Positions 37,077 to 47,447 are shown, counted from the stretch's first letter. The stretch is DNA of 64,000 nt from an uncultured Desulfobacteraceae bacterium (GCA_964431545.1 CAYSLC010000003.1:449-64448); one strand, 5' to 3'. Notes: a model not told the origin generated them from the sequence alone. A program made the numbers and translations.

Positions 37077-38709
37077 AGGGGTCCGGGGGACCCGGGCCGG
37101 GCGCCCCTTCCGGATCGAGGGAGTCCTCTTCGACTTCGACGGCACCCTCACCCGTCCCGGGGCCCTCGACTTCGTGGCGATCAAGAAACAGATGGGCTGC
37201 CCGGCCGGGGAGCCGCTGCTGGAGTTCATCGAGAAGATCGCCGACGCGGGGGAACAACGCCGGGCCCGGGAGACGCTCGACCGGTTCGAGATGGCCGCCG
37301 CGGCCCTGGCCCGGCCCAACCCCGGCGCCGAGGCGCTCGTGGGGCGGCTCCGGGCCAGGGGGCTCAAAATCGGGATCCTCACCAGAAACACCCGGGCGGC
37401 CGTGGACGCATCCCTGGCGAACTTCCGGGAGATCGACGCCGGCCTTTTCGACGCGATCCTCTCCCGGGACGACGCCGCGTCCCCCAAGCCGAGCGGGGAA
37501 GGGGTCCTCCTGGCCGCGGAGCGGATGGGGGTGGATCCCGCCCACCTGCTCGTGGTGGGGGATTTCATCTTCGATGTCCAGGCCGGCCGGGCCGCCGGGG
37601 CCCTCACGGCGTTTCTGGAGAACGGCAGGGGTCCGGCCGGCGCCGGGGAGGAGGGCGACTTCACCGTCTCCGACCTCTCCGCGCTCCGGCCCCTGATCCG
37701 GCTGGGCGCGCCGCTTCCGCCGGGAAAGTTTCCCAACGCCCTCCTACGGGAGTTTCTGGACGGTTTCGAGTTCCAGGACCCCTCCCTGATCATCAACCCC
37801 GGCATCGGAGAGGACATCGCCGCCGTGGACGTGGGGGACGAGGAGGTGCTCATCCTCAAATCGGACCCCATCACCTTCGTCACCGACGCCGTCGGCCACT
37901 ACGCGGTCCTCATCAACGCCAACGACATCGCCACCTCCGGGGCCGTGCCCCGGTGGCTCCTGGCCACCCTCCTCTTCCCCCCGGGCATGAGCGCCTCGGA
38001 GATCTTCGCGGTGATGTACGACGTAAAGGACGTCTGCCGGGAGTGGGGGATCACCCTGTGCGGCGGCCACACCGAGATCACCGACGCGGTGACCCGACCG
38101 GTGGTCTCCGGCACCCTGGCCGGCACCGTGGGCCGGAAGGACCTCATCGACAAGGCGGCCATGCGGCCCGGGGACCGGGTTCTGCTCACCAAGGGGGTGG
38201 CGGTGGAGGGGACCACCATCATCGCCCGGGAGCTGGGCGACCGGCTCTCCGAACTCGGCGTGACCGAAGGGGAGATCGAGACCTGCAAGGGGTTCCTGGC
38301 CGACATCGGAGTCCTGACCGAGGCCCGGATCGCGGCGGCGTGCGAAGGGACCAGCGCCATGCACGACGTCACCGAGGGGGGCCTGGCCACGGCCCTGGGG
38401 GAGCTGGCCATCGCCGGCGGACACCGGATCCGGATCCGCATGGAGGCGATCCCGATCTTCCCGGAGACCGAGAAGATCGGCCGGCTGATGGGGTTCGACC
38501 CCCTTGGACTCATCGGCTCCGGAAGCCTGCTCATCTGCTGCCGCCCGGACCACTGCGACGGACTTCTCCACCGGATCCGGGACGCCGGCATCCCCGTCAC
38601 CATCATCGGAGAGGTGGCCGAAGCCGGGGAAGGGATCGAGGCGACCCGGGATGGTGCGCCGGCCGAATGGCCGAGGTTCGAGGTGGACGAACTGACACGG
38701 CTGTTCTGA
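37057..38709 (+). CDS. Fusion of HAD-IA hydrolase and AIR-synthase-related (PurM/HypE/ThiL-fold) domain; start uncertain
   Basis: [21 protein letters not shown] in the N-terminal half. [35 protein letters not shown] in the C-terminal half. Confidence 0.88.
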   Translation: MPASSFRGVRGTRAGRPFRIEGVLFDFDGTLTRPGALDFVAIKKQMGCPAGEPLLEFIEKIADAGEQRRARETLDRFEMAAAALARPNPGAEALVGRLRARGLKIGILTRNTRAAVDASLANFREIDAGLFDAILSRDDAASPKPSGEGVLLAAERMGVDPAHLLVVGDFIFDVQAGRAAGALTAFLENGRGPAGAGEEGDFTVSDLSALRPLIRLGAPLPPGKFPNALLREFLDGFEFQDPSLIINPGIGEDIAAVDVGDEEVLILKSDPITFVTDAVGHYAVLINANDIATSGAVPRWLLATLLFPPGMSASEIFAVMYDVKDVCREWGITLCGGHTEITDAVTRPVVSGTLAGTVGRKDLIDKAAMRPGDRVLLTKGVAVEGTTIIARELGDRLSELGVTEGEIETCKGFLADIGVLTEARIAAACEGTSAMHDVTEGGLATALGELAIAGGHRIRIRMEAIPIFPETEKIGRLMGFDPLGLIGSGSLLICCRPDHCDGLLHRIRDAGIPVTIIGEVAEAGEGIEATRDGAPAEWPRFEVDELTRLF

Positions 38710-38736
38710 TGGAGGGCCGCGACGTTCTCCAATCGG

Positions 38737-41013
38737 GTGGACCCATCCCGTCCAGGACAGATGCGGAGGCCGCCATTGATCGATGACAAACTCGGAAAGC
38801 TTCTAAACGGCGACGGTCCGACCCGGCCGCCGTACCCCTCCGAAGGGGCGGACCGGCTGGCGGATCACTGGATCCGGGATCTGCTGGCGGGCACCGATAT
38901 CCTGGCCTTTGCCCCGCCGGGATCGGGGAAGACGGGCCTGGCCCTCTCGGTTTTGGGACGGCTCGATCCCGGCATGCCGGCCCTCTACGTCGGCCCCCGC
39001 CTCACGCCGTTTTCCGCAGTCCGCATGGCTTCGGCCCTGGAGGCCCTCGGCCGGACCGTCGCGTCCGCCTTTTGGGAGAGCCCCGTTTCCGCCGGCCGGA
39101 TCCTGGGACGGCCGGACGATCTCCGGGGCCGGCCCCTGCCCCGGCTCGGCCTCCTGATCCTGGACGATCTCCAGGAGATCCGCTCGCCGGACCTCGGTCC
39201 CGACCTGGAGCGGCTCCTCCTCCGCCTGCCGGCGGACCTCCCCATCCTCTACCTCTGCGACGCCCTCTCCGACCCCGAGGAGGCGGCGGCATGGCTCCGG
39301 GCGGCCCGAAACCGGCCCTGCCGGACGGAGACGCCCGATCTTCCGGAGATGCCCAGGATTCCGGCCCTCTTTTCCCCGGACGGGGAGATGGCGCCGCTGG
39401 TGGACCGCAAACGGGTGGCGGGGAAGGCCAAAAAGCTCCTCAAGGGCCGGGAGCCGGTCCCGGACCCGGCGTCGGGCCGGTTCCTCCGGATTCTGGCGAC
39501 GGCGCTGCGGGGGGCGGATCTGGTCCCCGCCCTGGTCCTGATGACCACCCCCGAACGGTGCGACCGGGCCGCCCAGGCCTGCCCCAAGGGGGAGTCCCCG
39601 TCCACCGCCGGAGATCTCCTCACCCATCCCCGGATCACGGCCATCCTGGACGGCTCCCCGATTCTCAAGGACTATCGGGCCCTCCGCGCCGCCCTTTCCC
39701 GGGGGGCGGCCCCCCTCCACGACGGCCACCATCCCCTCTGGAACCGGCTGGTGGAGGAGTTGCTCTCCCTGGGGGCCGTGGACCTTGTCTTCGCCCCGCC
39801 GGGGCCGGCGGGCCGGATGATCCGGCGGTTCCGGTCCGTGCTCTTCGCCGCCACCGGCACGGAGCCCGACCCCCTGGCCCGGAACCGCCTCGACGAATGG
39901 GAGACGGACCGGCTCCTCCGGCTGGCCGGCCGGCCGGGAACCGACCCGGCCGGCTGCATCGCCGCCGTCCACGCCGCCGACGTCGATCCGGTCTTCCTCA
40001 AGGACCAGTTGATCCGGCCGCCCCGCCGCCTCTCCGCCACCCTCCGGTGCGACCTCCGGACCACCCTGACCCTACTGGCCATGGGCGGCGATCCGGCCGA
40101 GACCTTGAAACGGACCTTCATCGGCCACCGCCGTCCCGATTTCGGCCGATTCTGCGCCGAGGCCATGGCCGCCGATCTGGCCGAGGAGGTGACCCGGCCG
40201 GCATGCAGCGGCCATCTCCAGACCGTGGCCGCCCTCAAGGACCTGCGCCTGAAGCTGGAAATGCGCCTGGGCCGGCTGGAAAACGAAGCCAAATCGGCCT
40301 CCGGCCGCCACCGAGCCGGCGTTCTGAACGAAAAAACGGCCCGGGAGAGCCTCCTGCGCCGCCTGCCCTGCGAGGCGTGTCCCCACCACGATCTCTGCCA
40401 CGGCCGGGGGACCCGGCGGTTCCGGGAGGCCATCGCCTCCTTCTACGGGATGGCCCCCCGGCTCCGGCAGAGCCTGACCGGCCTCCTGTACGATTTTGAC
40501 CACCACCTTTCCTGTCTTTCGGACTTCGGCATGATCGCCCCGCCGACGGGGCTCTCCAGGGAGGGCTGGATCGCCTTTCGGACCGGCCTGGGGGCGCCCC
40601 AGCCGCTGACGGAGTGCCTCCGGGAAGGAGCGTTGACGCTCGGGACGCCGGGTGGAGACCCTGGGGAGGACATCTCCCAGGCCCTGGTGGGGGGATTCAC
40701 GGAGGGGGCGGCCGCGCCGTTTCCTCCCGGTACGGCCGAGGCCCTGGCGGACGGGTTCCGGGAGCTTCGACCCCACTGGGACGGGCTGGAACCGGTCCTC
40801 GGGAAGACCCAGGAGGCGCTGCTGCGGTTCGGCGTCCTGGCTCCGGACTACGACCATGCCGCCTCGGCGACGATCCTGGCCTGGCGCCGGGGCGTCGATC
40901 CGGAGACCCTGGCCATCAGAACCGGCCTGACCCACGGGGCCCTCTCCCGGCTCTGCGAAGGAGCCGTCGACCTGTGGCGCCGGGTGATGTCCGTCGGCGG
41001 CGCCGATTCATGA
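38737..41013 (+). CDS. Degenerate Ski2/HelY-like helicase
   Basis: Walker A APPGSGKT. LILDDLQ in place of DEvH. CDALSD in place of SAT. RLAGRPG in place of QMxGRAGR. PCEACPHH insertion and DSHCT-like tail. Confidence 0.7.
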   Translation: MDPSRPGQMRRPPLIDDKLGKLLNGDGPTRPPYPSEGADRLADHWIRDLLAGTDILAFAPPGSGKTGLALSVLGRLDPGMPALYVGPRLTPFSAVRMASALEALGRTVASAFWESPVSAGRILGRPDDLRGRPLPRLGLLILDDLQEIRSPDLGPDLERLLLRLPADLPILYLCDALSDPEEAAAWLRAARNRPCRTETPDLPEMPRIPALFSPDGEMAPLVDRKRVAGKAKKLLKGREPVPDPASGRFLRILATALRGADLVPALVLMTTPERCDRAAQACPKGESPSTAGDLLTHPRITAILDGSPILKDYRALRAALSRGAAPLHDGHHPLWNRLVEELLSLGAVDLVFAPPGPAGRMIRRFRSVLFAATGTEPDPLARNRLDEWETDRLLRLAGRPGTDPAGCIAAVHAADVDPVFLKDQLIRPPRRLSATLRCDLRTTLTLLAMGGDPAETLKRTFIGHRRPDFGRFCAEAMAADLAEEVTRPACSGHLQTVAALKDLRLKLEMRLGRLENEAKSASGRHRAGVLNEKTARESLLRRLPCEACPHHDLCHGRGTRRFREAIASFYGMAPRLRQSLTGLLYDFDHHLSCLSDFGMIAPPTGLSREGWIAFRTGLGAPQPLTECLREGALTLGTPGGDPGEDISQALVGGFTEGAAAPFPPGTAEALADGFRELRPHWDGLEPVLGKTQEALLRFGVLAPDYDHAASATILAWRRGVDPETLAIRTGLTHGALSRLCEGAVDLWRRVMSVGGADS

Positions 41014-41054
41014 ACCGGGGTGAAGTCAAAACGCGGGCGGAATCAATCCTTTTC

Positions 41055-41414
41055 TTACCCCATGCCCGGAAAAGTGATTACCTGCCTGCACCCGTCCACA
41101 ACGTCCACGATCTTTCCCTGGCCGAGCGTACCGATCTTCTCAAGGAGTCTGGTTTTGCTCACGGTGGCCATCTGGCTGACGACGACCACGCTGGCCTTCG
41201 GTAGATTGGCGGTCCCCTTCCCGAGCCGGACATTTCCCGGCACCCGGGCAAGTTTCAAGTTCGACGTCAAGAGGCTGACCACCGTGGTCTGGATTCGGCT
41301 CCGATTGAGGATGTCGTTCTGGATGACCACCGCCGGTCTCATGCCGGAGGGGCCGGAATCGTCCGACCGTCCGAATTCGACCCAGTAAACGTCACCCTGG
41401 AGCGGCGTTACCAC
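41055..41414 (-). CDS. mazF: MazF/PemK family toxin
   Basis: QGDVYWV.F......RPAVVIQND..N......VV..LTS....GNV.L......LPK.SVV.VSQ. Confidence 0.92.
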   Translation of the reverse strand: MVTPLQGDVYWVEFGRSDDSGPSGMRPAVVIQNDILNRSRIQTTVVSLLTSNLKLARVPGNVRLGKGTANLPKASVVVVSQMATVSKTRLLEKIGTLGQGKIVDVVDGCRQVITFPGMG

Positions 41415-41662
41415 GGCAGTTCATCCACCGTCGTGTTCTCGGCGACGACTTCGGCCATGAGAAGCTGCTCCCGGGCGATCTCCTTGTCTTCAAACGCCCG
41501 GTTGACTTGCGCAATATATTCCCGTTCCTTGTCCCGCCTCAACTTTTCGACGAGCGCCTCGGTGACCAGGTGGCTCAGCTTGATCTTTTCCCTGGACGCC
41601 ACTTCATGGATCCGGGCATGAATGTCTTCCGGAATCGTCACGCTCAGTTTGGAATGGCTCAT
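41408..41662 (-). CDS. Ribbon-helix-helix antitoxin of the MazF-like toxin
   Basis: KLSVTIPED RHH start, acidic C-tail ending PW, overlaps the toxin start. Confidence 0.82.
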   Translation of the reverse strand: MSHSKLSVTIPEDIHARIHEVASREKIKLSHLVTEALVEKLRRDKEREYIAQVNRAFEDKEIAREQLLMAEVVAENTTVDELPW

Positions 41663-41907
41663 ATTTGTTCTCCTGATGTCGTCGGTTTGCTGTCCCATAA
41701 ATAATCATACAATTTATCGCTCTGTCAACAGGATTTTCACCCCCGATTTCCATGGGATACGGATAGACATGGGGATGCCCGCGGCCGGTTGACCAATCGA
41801 AACCGCTTCCGAATTGGACAGGCGGCGAATCGGTCGATCCGTGCGATCCGCCCGTCAAGATCACAGGACCCGTCCGGCGCCAGAAAAGAATCGGCCTCGA
41901 ACGAGGC

Positions 41908-44900
41908 TCATTCCTCGCGCACCGCCTCGTCCGCGCGCCGGGCCAGGCGGAACCCGAAATCATCGCTGCGGACCTCGGGGGAGCCCTGGCGGCGGAAGGT
42001 CGTCCGGCAGTACTCGGCCCCGAAGATCCACGAGCCGCCCCGCAGGACCCGGTCCGGGCCCCTGGGTTGCCGGACCCAGGGGCCGCCGTCTTCGGGGGCG
42101 CCCTCGTAGTTTCCGTGCCAGTCGTCCTCCACCCACTCCCAGACGTTGCCGTGCATGTCGTAGAGCCCCCAGTCGTTGGGGGCCTTCCCGCCCACGGGGC
42201 GGAGCTGGTCCCCGGAGTTCTTCCGGTACCAGGCGGCCCGGTCGAGGTCCTCTTCCGCATCGCCGGTGTTGTACCGCGTCGACGTCCCGGCCCGGCAGGC
42301 GTACTCCCACTGGGCCTCGGAGGGCAGTGCCAGGCCGGCCCATTCGGCGAACCGCCGGGCGTCGTGCCAGCTCACGCCCACCACCGGCTGTTTCGGCTGG
42401 TTGAAGCTCCGGTCGCTCCAGGACCGGGGCTCCTCCATGGCCGGATGGGCCGCCAGGAACCGGCCGTACTCCTCGTTGGTGACCGGGTACCGCCCCAGGT
42501 AGAAGGGCGCCACCCGCACCGGGTGGGCGGGTCCCTCCCAGTCGAAGCGCCCCGCCTCGGAGGGCGGTGATCCCATGGTGAAGGTCCCTCCCGGGATCAG
42601 GACCATCTCGTACCCCACCGATTCCGAACGGAACATCTCCTGGGATTGCTGGTCCCGGCGCGCCTCCACCCACCGCCGGATGGTCTCGGAGGTGTGCTTG
42701 AGCAGCTTCGGCATCAGCCGGTCCACCGCCGCCCTGTCGATCCGCTCCAGGATGTGGAGGGCCACGTTCTGTCGCTCCCACATCTCCAGATCCTCCCCGG
42801 GATGGATCTCCAGAAGCTTGATGAACGGTTCGGAGGAGATCTCCGTCGCCTCGTCCAGGCACAATTCCACCAGATCCCGGTGGTCGGCGAAGGCGGGGCG
42901 CTTCACCAGCTCCCGCATGAAGGGGACCATGAGGGAGGGCTCCTCCTGGAGGGCCAGCAGCAGCAGGATCACCTCCTGCCACCACGGCTCGCCGAAGCGG
43001 GCCGCCAGGTCCCGGATCACCCGCCGGTCCTCGAAGTAGGTCCGGCGGATCTCCCGGGCCGCGAGATACTCCTGGAACCCGAGGTGCATGAAGCCGTAGC
43101 TGTCCTGATCCCAGCCGGTGAGCAGGCCGCTTTCGTCCCGGACCGCAGACAGAAACGACTCCGCCGCCCCGTGCTCCCACCCCACGGCCCGGAGGGCCGG
43201 TTCCATGACGGGGGCCAGCTCCCCGGCCGTGGCCCTTGTTCGCCCCTCCCGCTCGTGGAGCCAGAGGGCCACCGGCTGGAGCACCCGCCGGCCGGTCCGG
43301 GCGGTCACCTTCGACGGGAACCCGATGGCACCGCGCCAGAGTTCCAGCAGCACCTCGATGCACTCCTCGTAGAGGCGGGCCCGGCTCCGGGGCAGATAGC
43401 CCCGGTCCCGGTGGACCAGGCAGAGGTTGGCCAGCAGCAGCGGGTTCCGGGTCATGGCGAAGACCCGGCGGGCCCGGAACTGGGTTCCCCGGAGCCGCGC
43501 CAGGAGGTCGTCCGCCTTCTCCCGGGCGATCACCGCCGCCTGGTCGGTGTCGGAGGATAGGCCCGTCTCCACGCTCCGGTACCAGTTGTGGATGAAAATC
43601 TCTGCCTGATCCGCGGACAAAGGCCGCATGTGCATCTCCAGAAACGCCTCGCCGAGGCGGGCCTCGGCGGTATACCCGGCGAACCTGGAGGTGACCACGA
43701 ACCGGCACGACCCGTGGACCCGCATCGCCTCGTCGATCCATCGGGAGACCTGGACCCGCTGACCGGGCTCCGCCACCTCGTCCAGGCCGTCGAAGAGGAG
43801 AAGGAGATCTCCCCGGTCCAGGAGACGCTTCCCGAACCCGTCGGGGGTGCCCAGGTGGGGGTGGTCGAGCTGGGCCTGGATGAAGGCGTCGAGGCCCCGG
43901 CCGAGGTCCCGCAGCTCCCGCAGGGGGAGAAAGACGGGGAGCGTGTCCACCGGAAGGCCCAGGTCGGCCCACCCGCCTTCCAGACACCAGAGCATCAGGC
44001 GCCGCAGGTGGGTCGTCTTTCCCGATCCGGGGTCCCCGAGGATCACCACTCCCCGCCGTCCCAGGCGGTCGGCCTCCCGGAAGGCGTCGGGCACGGAGAT
44101 CTCGATGCCCGCGCCGCACTCCCCAAGCCGCTTCTCCGCGTCCTCGGAGTCGGCGAAGCAGGCATCCCCCGTGGCCCGGAGATCGACCATGGCCCGCAGG
44201 GGCACGTAGACATCGGCGATGCGGATCGGCGCCCGCAGCCGCGTCTTGAAGCCGACCACCGGGAGATACTCGTGGAGGGAGCGGACCTTTCCCACATAGG
44301 CGTCGATGGCGGCCTTCGGAACGGGGTCGGCCGGGGCGGGCCGGACCGCCGCGACGCCGTCCGTCCCCGCCGATTCCGGCTCCCCCGATTCCGACCCCGA
44401 CGGCTCCGGTTCGGCTCCAGGGGACACGGGCTCCGGGGACCAGTCCCCCAGATCGATGACGTACCTCGGCAGCGGGTCCTTCCCCTTGCCCCGGGTCCAG
44501 ATGGCGTCCGGCCCCCAGGCCCCGTGGAGTTCCCGCCGGCAGCGGGTCTCCACCGTCAGCCGGCCCCGGGTGAACCGGAGGAGGTTGTACTGGAGGGGGT
44601 GGCCCGGGGTCCACTCCTTGACCGGCGCGCCGAAGGTCCCGGCGCCGATGGTGTGGATCGACCGGCCGTCCGCCGTGACGTCGTAGGCGTACTGCCCCTT
44701 CTCCGCCTTGTGGATGTGGCCGTGGAGGGCCAGGCGGAACCCGGCCCCGGCCAGCCGTTCCATGAACCCGTGGTCGGTGATCCGGTCCTCGAAGGGACTG
44801 ATGAGCGGATGGTGGAAGACCGCCAGCTTCAGGCACCCCTCGAATCTGGCCCTTTCCCCGCGGATGGCGCCCAGGGCCGTGCCCACCGCTTCAGGATGGA

Positions 44901-46095
44901 TGGCGGCCCGGGATCGGAAGTGGTGGTCGAGGTTCCAGGCGGAATTGAAGCCGAGGATCAGCAGGTTGCAGGCGGGCAGGTGGTGGAGGACGGCCTGCTC
45001 CGGATAGTCGAGGGGGTACGCGATCCCCTTCACCGTCTCGTGGAACCGGCTGAACTCGGCGAACCGGTTTCGGTAGGCCGCCTCGTTCCGGACCCGGAGG
45101 ACATCCTCCCCCACCCGGATGATCCGCGCCTCGTCCGGCTCTTCATCGACGTCGGCCAGGTCGACCAGGTCGTACCCCTTCCGGGCCAGCCGCCAGTTGA
45201 GGTCGTGGTTGCCGGGGACCATGACCAGCCGGGACGGATCGAGATCGAACTCGGCGAAGACCGCCTCCAGAAAGCGCCGGGCCGCGGCGTACTCGTCCGG
45301 TTCCGACCGGGTGGCGATGTCGCCGGAGAGGATCAGCCCGTCGAGGCGATCGACATCGAGGCCGCCGGCGAGGTCCTCGGCCAGTTGGTTGAACCAGTTG
45401 ACGGCGTCCCCGTCGGTGCCGAAGTGGAGATCGGACAGATGGAGGAGCGTGACGGTCCCTTCCGGCCCCGGCTTGTCCACGCCCCGGCCGCCGGCCGAGG
45501 CCCTTTCCGATATCCGGCCCGGCTCTCCGATATCTTCGGGTCCGTGCGGTCCCTGGAAGCTTTGACCCGGCGTCCCGGTGGTCCCGGCCTGGACCACCCC
45601 CCGGGCGGCATCGGCGCGGATCGAGGAGGTAGTGGGCCGGGGGACGGGCGTCGAGCCTTCAGGCGGCCCCCCCTCCCCCTCGATCCGCCGGGCCGTCCGC
45701 AAGGCCCAGAGGATCTTGGCCAGCCCGTCCTCGTAAGCGGGGAAGAGATCCACCCAGTGGAGGGCCGAAAGGCGCGGGTCGAGGGAGGTGCACTCGTCGA
45801 CGCGGACGGGGATCAGGAAGATCTCGTCCGGGGGAAACTCGTCGAGCACGTCCAGGGCCGTCTTCAACTCCTTCTGGACGTACCCCCGCTTGGAGAGGGA
45901 TCGGGAGGAGAGGAGCGCCAGGACGCTTCCGCTCTCCCGGATAGTCCGGGTGATGGTGGCCCGCCAGTTCTGGCCGGGCATCAGGTCCGCGTCGTCCATC
46001 CAGGGGACGAGGCCGGCGTCCGCGAGATCCTGGTAGAGCCGCCGGGCCGTCTCCAGATCCTCCCTGCCGTAGCTGATAAACACCCGATGGTTCAT
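41908..46095 (-). CDS. NLR-like protein: TIR - calcineurin-like metallophosphoesterase - NACHT - FGE-sulfatase (SUMF1) domain, 1395 aa
   Basis: TIR: VFISYGRED...VQKEL. MPE: SDLHFG/SGD/PGNHD/HHP/HGHIH. NACHT: GDPGSGKT, LLFDGLDEV, VTSR. FGE: GLYDMHGNVWEW, RGGSW...GFRL. Confidence 0.92.
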   Translation of the reverse strand: MNHRVFISYGREDLETARRLYQDLADAGLVPWMDDADLMPGQNWRATITRTIRESGSVLALLSSRSLSKRGYVQKELKTALDVLDEFPPDEIFLIPVRVDECTSLDPRLSALHWVDLFPAYEDGLAKILWALRTARRIEGEGGPPEGSTPVPRPTTSSIRADAARGVVQAGTTGTPGQSFQGPHGPEDIGEPGRISERASAGGRGVDKPGPEGTVTLLHLSDLHFGTDGDAVNWFNQLAEDLAGGLDVDRLDGLILSGDIATRSEPDEYAAARRFLEAVFAEFDLDPSRLVMVPGNHDLNWRLARKGYDLVDLADVDEEPDEARIIRVGEDVLRVRNEAAYRNRFAEFSRFHETVKGIAYPLDYPEQAVLHHLPACNLLILGFNSAWNLDHHFRSRAAIHPEAVGTALGAIRGERARFEGCLKLAVFHHPLISPFEDRITDHGFMERLAGAGFRLALHGHIHKAEKGQYAYDVTADGRSIHTIGAGTFGAPVKEWTPGHPLQYNLLRFTRGRLTVETRCRRELHGAWGPDAIWTRGKGKDPLPRYVIDLGDWSPEPVSPGAEPEPSGSESGEPESAGTDGVAAVRPAPADPVPKAAIDAYVGKVRSLHEYLPVVGFKTRLRAPIRIADVYVPLRAMVDLRATGDACFADSEDAEKRLGECGAGIEISVPDAFREADRLGRRGVVILGDPGSGKTTHLRRLMLWCLEGGWADLGLPVDTLPVFLPLRELRDLGRGLDAFIQAQLDHPHLGTPDGFGKRLLDRGDLLLLFDGLDEVAEPGQRVQVSRWIDEAMRVHGSCRFVVTSRFAGYTAEARLGEAFLEMHMRPLSADQAEIFIHNWYRSVETGLSSDTDQAAVIAREKADDLLARLRGTQFRARRVFAMTRNPLLLANLCLVHRDRGYLPRSRARLYEECIEVLLELWRGAIGFPSKVTARTGRRVLQPVALWLHEREGRTRATAGELAPVMEPALRAVGWEHGAAESFLSAVRDESGLLTGWDQDSYGFMHLGFQEYLAAREIRRTYFEDRRVIRDLAARFGEPWWQEVILLLLALQEEPSLMVPFMRELVKRPAFADHRDLVELCLDEATEISSEPFIKLLEIHPGEDLEMWERQNVALHILERIDRAAVDRLMPKLLKHTSETIRRWVEARRDQQSQEMFRSESVGYEMVLIPGGTFTMGSPPSEAGRFDWEGPAHPVRVAPFYLGRYPVTNEEYGRFLAAHPAMEEPRSWSDRSFNQPKQPVVGVSWHDARRFAEWAGLALPSEAQWEYACRAGTSTRYNTGDAEEDLDRAAWYRKNSGDQLRPVGGKAPNDWGLYDMHGNVWEWVEDDWHGNYEGAPEDGGPWVRQPRGPDRVLRGGSWIFGAEYCRTTFRRQGSPEVRSDDFGFRLARRADEAVREE

Positions 46096-46334
46096 GCGAA
46101 TGATCCCGTGGTCGGTCGGCGTGTCCGTGGGGTTTCTCTCGTCGTCCCGACATACCATCCACTCGGAGAAATGGCAATAGCCGGCCGGCCCCTCTTTTTC
46201 CCTTGCATCGGGTTCCCTCCGGGGCTATGGTTCATGGATAGTCGGCCTTGGAGCATCGGATCCACACCAGCCAATGGGTTCGGTCGGACCGCCGGACCGA
46301 ACCGGGGAAACGGCCGGACAGGGGAGCGCGGGCC

Positions 46335-47447
46335 ATGTCGGAACATTTCGATATCGTCATCATCGGAGCCGGACCCGGGGGGATCGCCGCCGCCGTCACG
46401 GCCAAGGAGGCCGGGAGATCCTACGTGGTGCTGGAGAAGGGGCCCCGTCCCCTCCAGGGGATCATCGACTCCTACCCCAAGGGGAAGAAGGTCTACCCCA
46501 CCATCCCGAAGTATCTTACGGGCCCCTTCCCCATCGACGGGCTCACCCCGCCGCCGGAGAAGATCCCGGTGGAGGCCTATGTGGATCAGGTGGAGACCTT
46601 TGCCGGCTCCGAGGGGCTCCACATCCGGTACGGGCACGAGTACCAGGACCTGGAGGAGACCCAGACGGAATACCTCGTCCGGACGGCGGCCGGCTCCGTG
46701 TTCGCGAAAAACATCGTCTTCGCCTTCGGCAGCAACATCCCCAACGACCTGGGGATCTACGGGGAGGCCAAGACCGTGCGGCGGAACCTGGAGAACCCCC
46801 AGGACTACATCGGGATCGCCACTCTGGTCATCGGCGGGGGGAACGCGGCGGCCGACGTGGTGGCGGCCCTGTCCAAGGTCAAGCGGGAGGCCGAGGACAC
46901 GACCCCGGTCTACTGGGGCCACATCAAGGAGAAGTTCGAGATCAACAAGGACACGGCCCGGGACCTGGGCGAGGAGATCCTCCTGGGGGGGCAGATCAAG
47001 ATCCTCCAGGGGGCGGTCCCGAAGATCGGGGAGGTCGACTCCGAAGGGATCGACCGGCTCTACATCCACCAGAGCCCCGGGGCCCACGGCAGCGACGACG
47101 TCTTCATGTACCAGGGGATGAGCTTCCCCATGAAGAACGTCATCGCCTGCATCGGCACCCACGGGCCGTCGGCCATCTTCAATCAACTCAACCTCCAGCA
47201 GATCACCTGCACGGGGGAGATCTGCCGCATCGCCCGGGAGGGGGAACAGCTCCTGCTCCTCTCCTCGACCCTCCAGACGAGCCGCCGGGGGATCTATGCC
47301 ATCGGCGGCTCCATCAGCCCCTCCTATATGGAGATCCAGGCGGATCGCACCATCCGGGAGAAGCGCCACTCCAACCTGATCTTCACCGCCGTCCAGGACG
47401 GGATCACCGCGGTGGAAGGGATTCTGGCGTCGGAGAGCCGGGAATGA
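46335..47447 (+). CDS. NAD(P)/FAD-dependent oxidoreductase (thioredoxin-reductase-like fold)
   Basis: IIGAGPGG FAD motif, VIGGGNAAAD second Rossmann motif, GIYAIG. No CxxC. Confidence 0.82.
   Translation: MSEHFDIVIIGAGPGGIAAAVTAKEAGRSYVVLEKGPRPLQGIIDSYPKGKKVYPTIPKYLTGPFPIDGLTPPPEKIPVEAYVDQVETFAGSEGLHIRYGHEYQDLEETQTEYLVRTAAGSVFAKNIVFAFGSNIPNDLGIYGEAKTVRRNLENPQDYIGIATLVIGGGNAAADVVAALSKVKREAEDTTPVYWGHIKEKFEINKDTARDLGEEILLGGQIKILQGAVPKIGEVDSEGIDRLYIHQSPGAHGSDDVFMYQGMSFPMKNVIACIGTHGPSAIFNQLNLQQITCTGEICRIAREGEQLLLLSSTLQTSRRGIYAIGGSISPSYMEIQADRTIREKRHSNLIFTAVQDGITAVEGILASESRE

Noticed and set aside
41908-42630. FGE-sulfatase C-terminus as a diversity-generating retroelement target
   Set aside because: No reverse transcriptase, no template-repeat copy of the RGGSW...GFR region, and no adenine-specific variant pair in the window.
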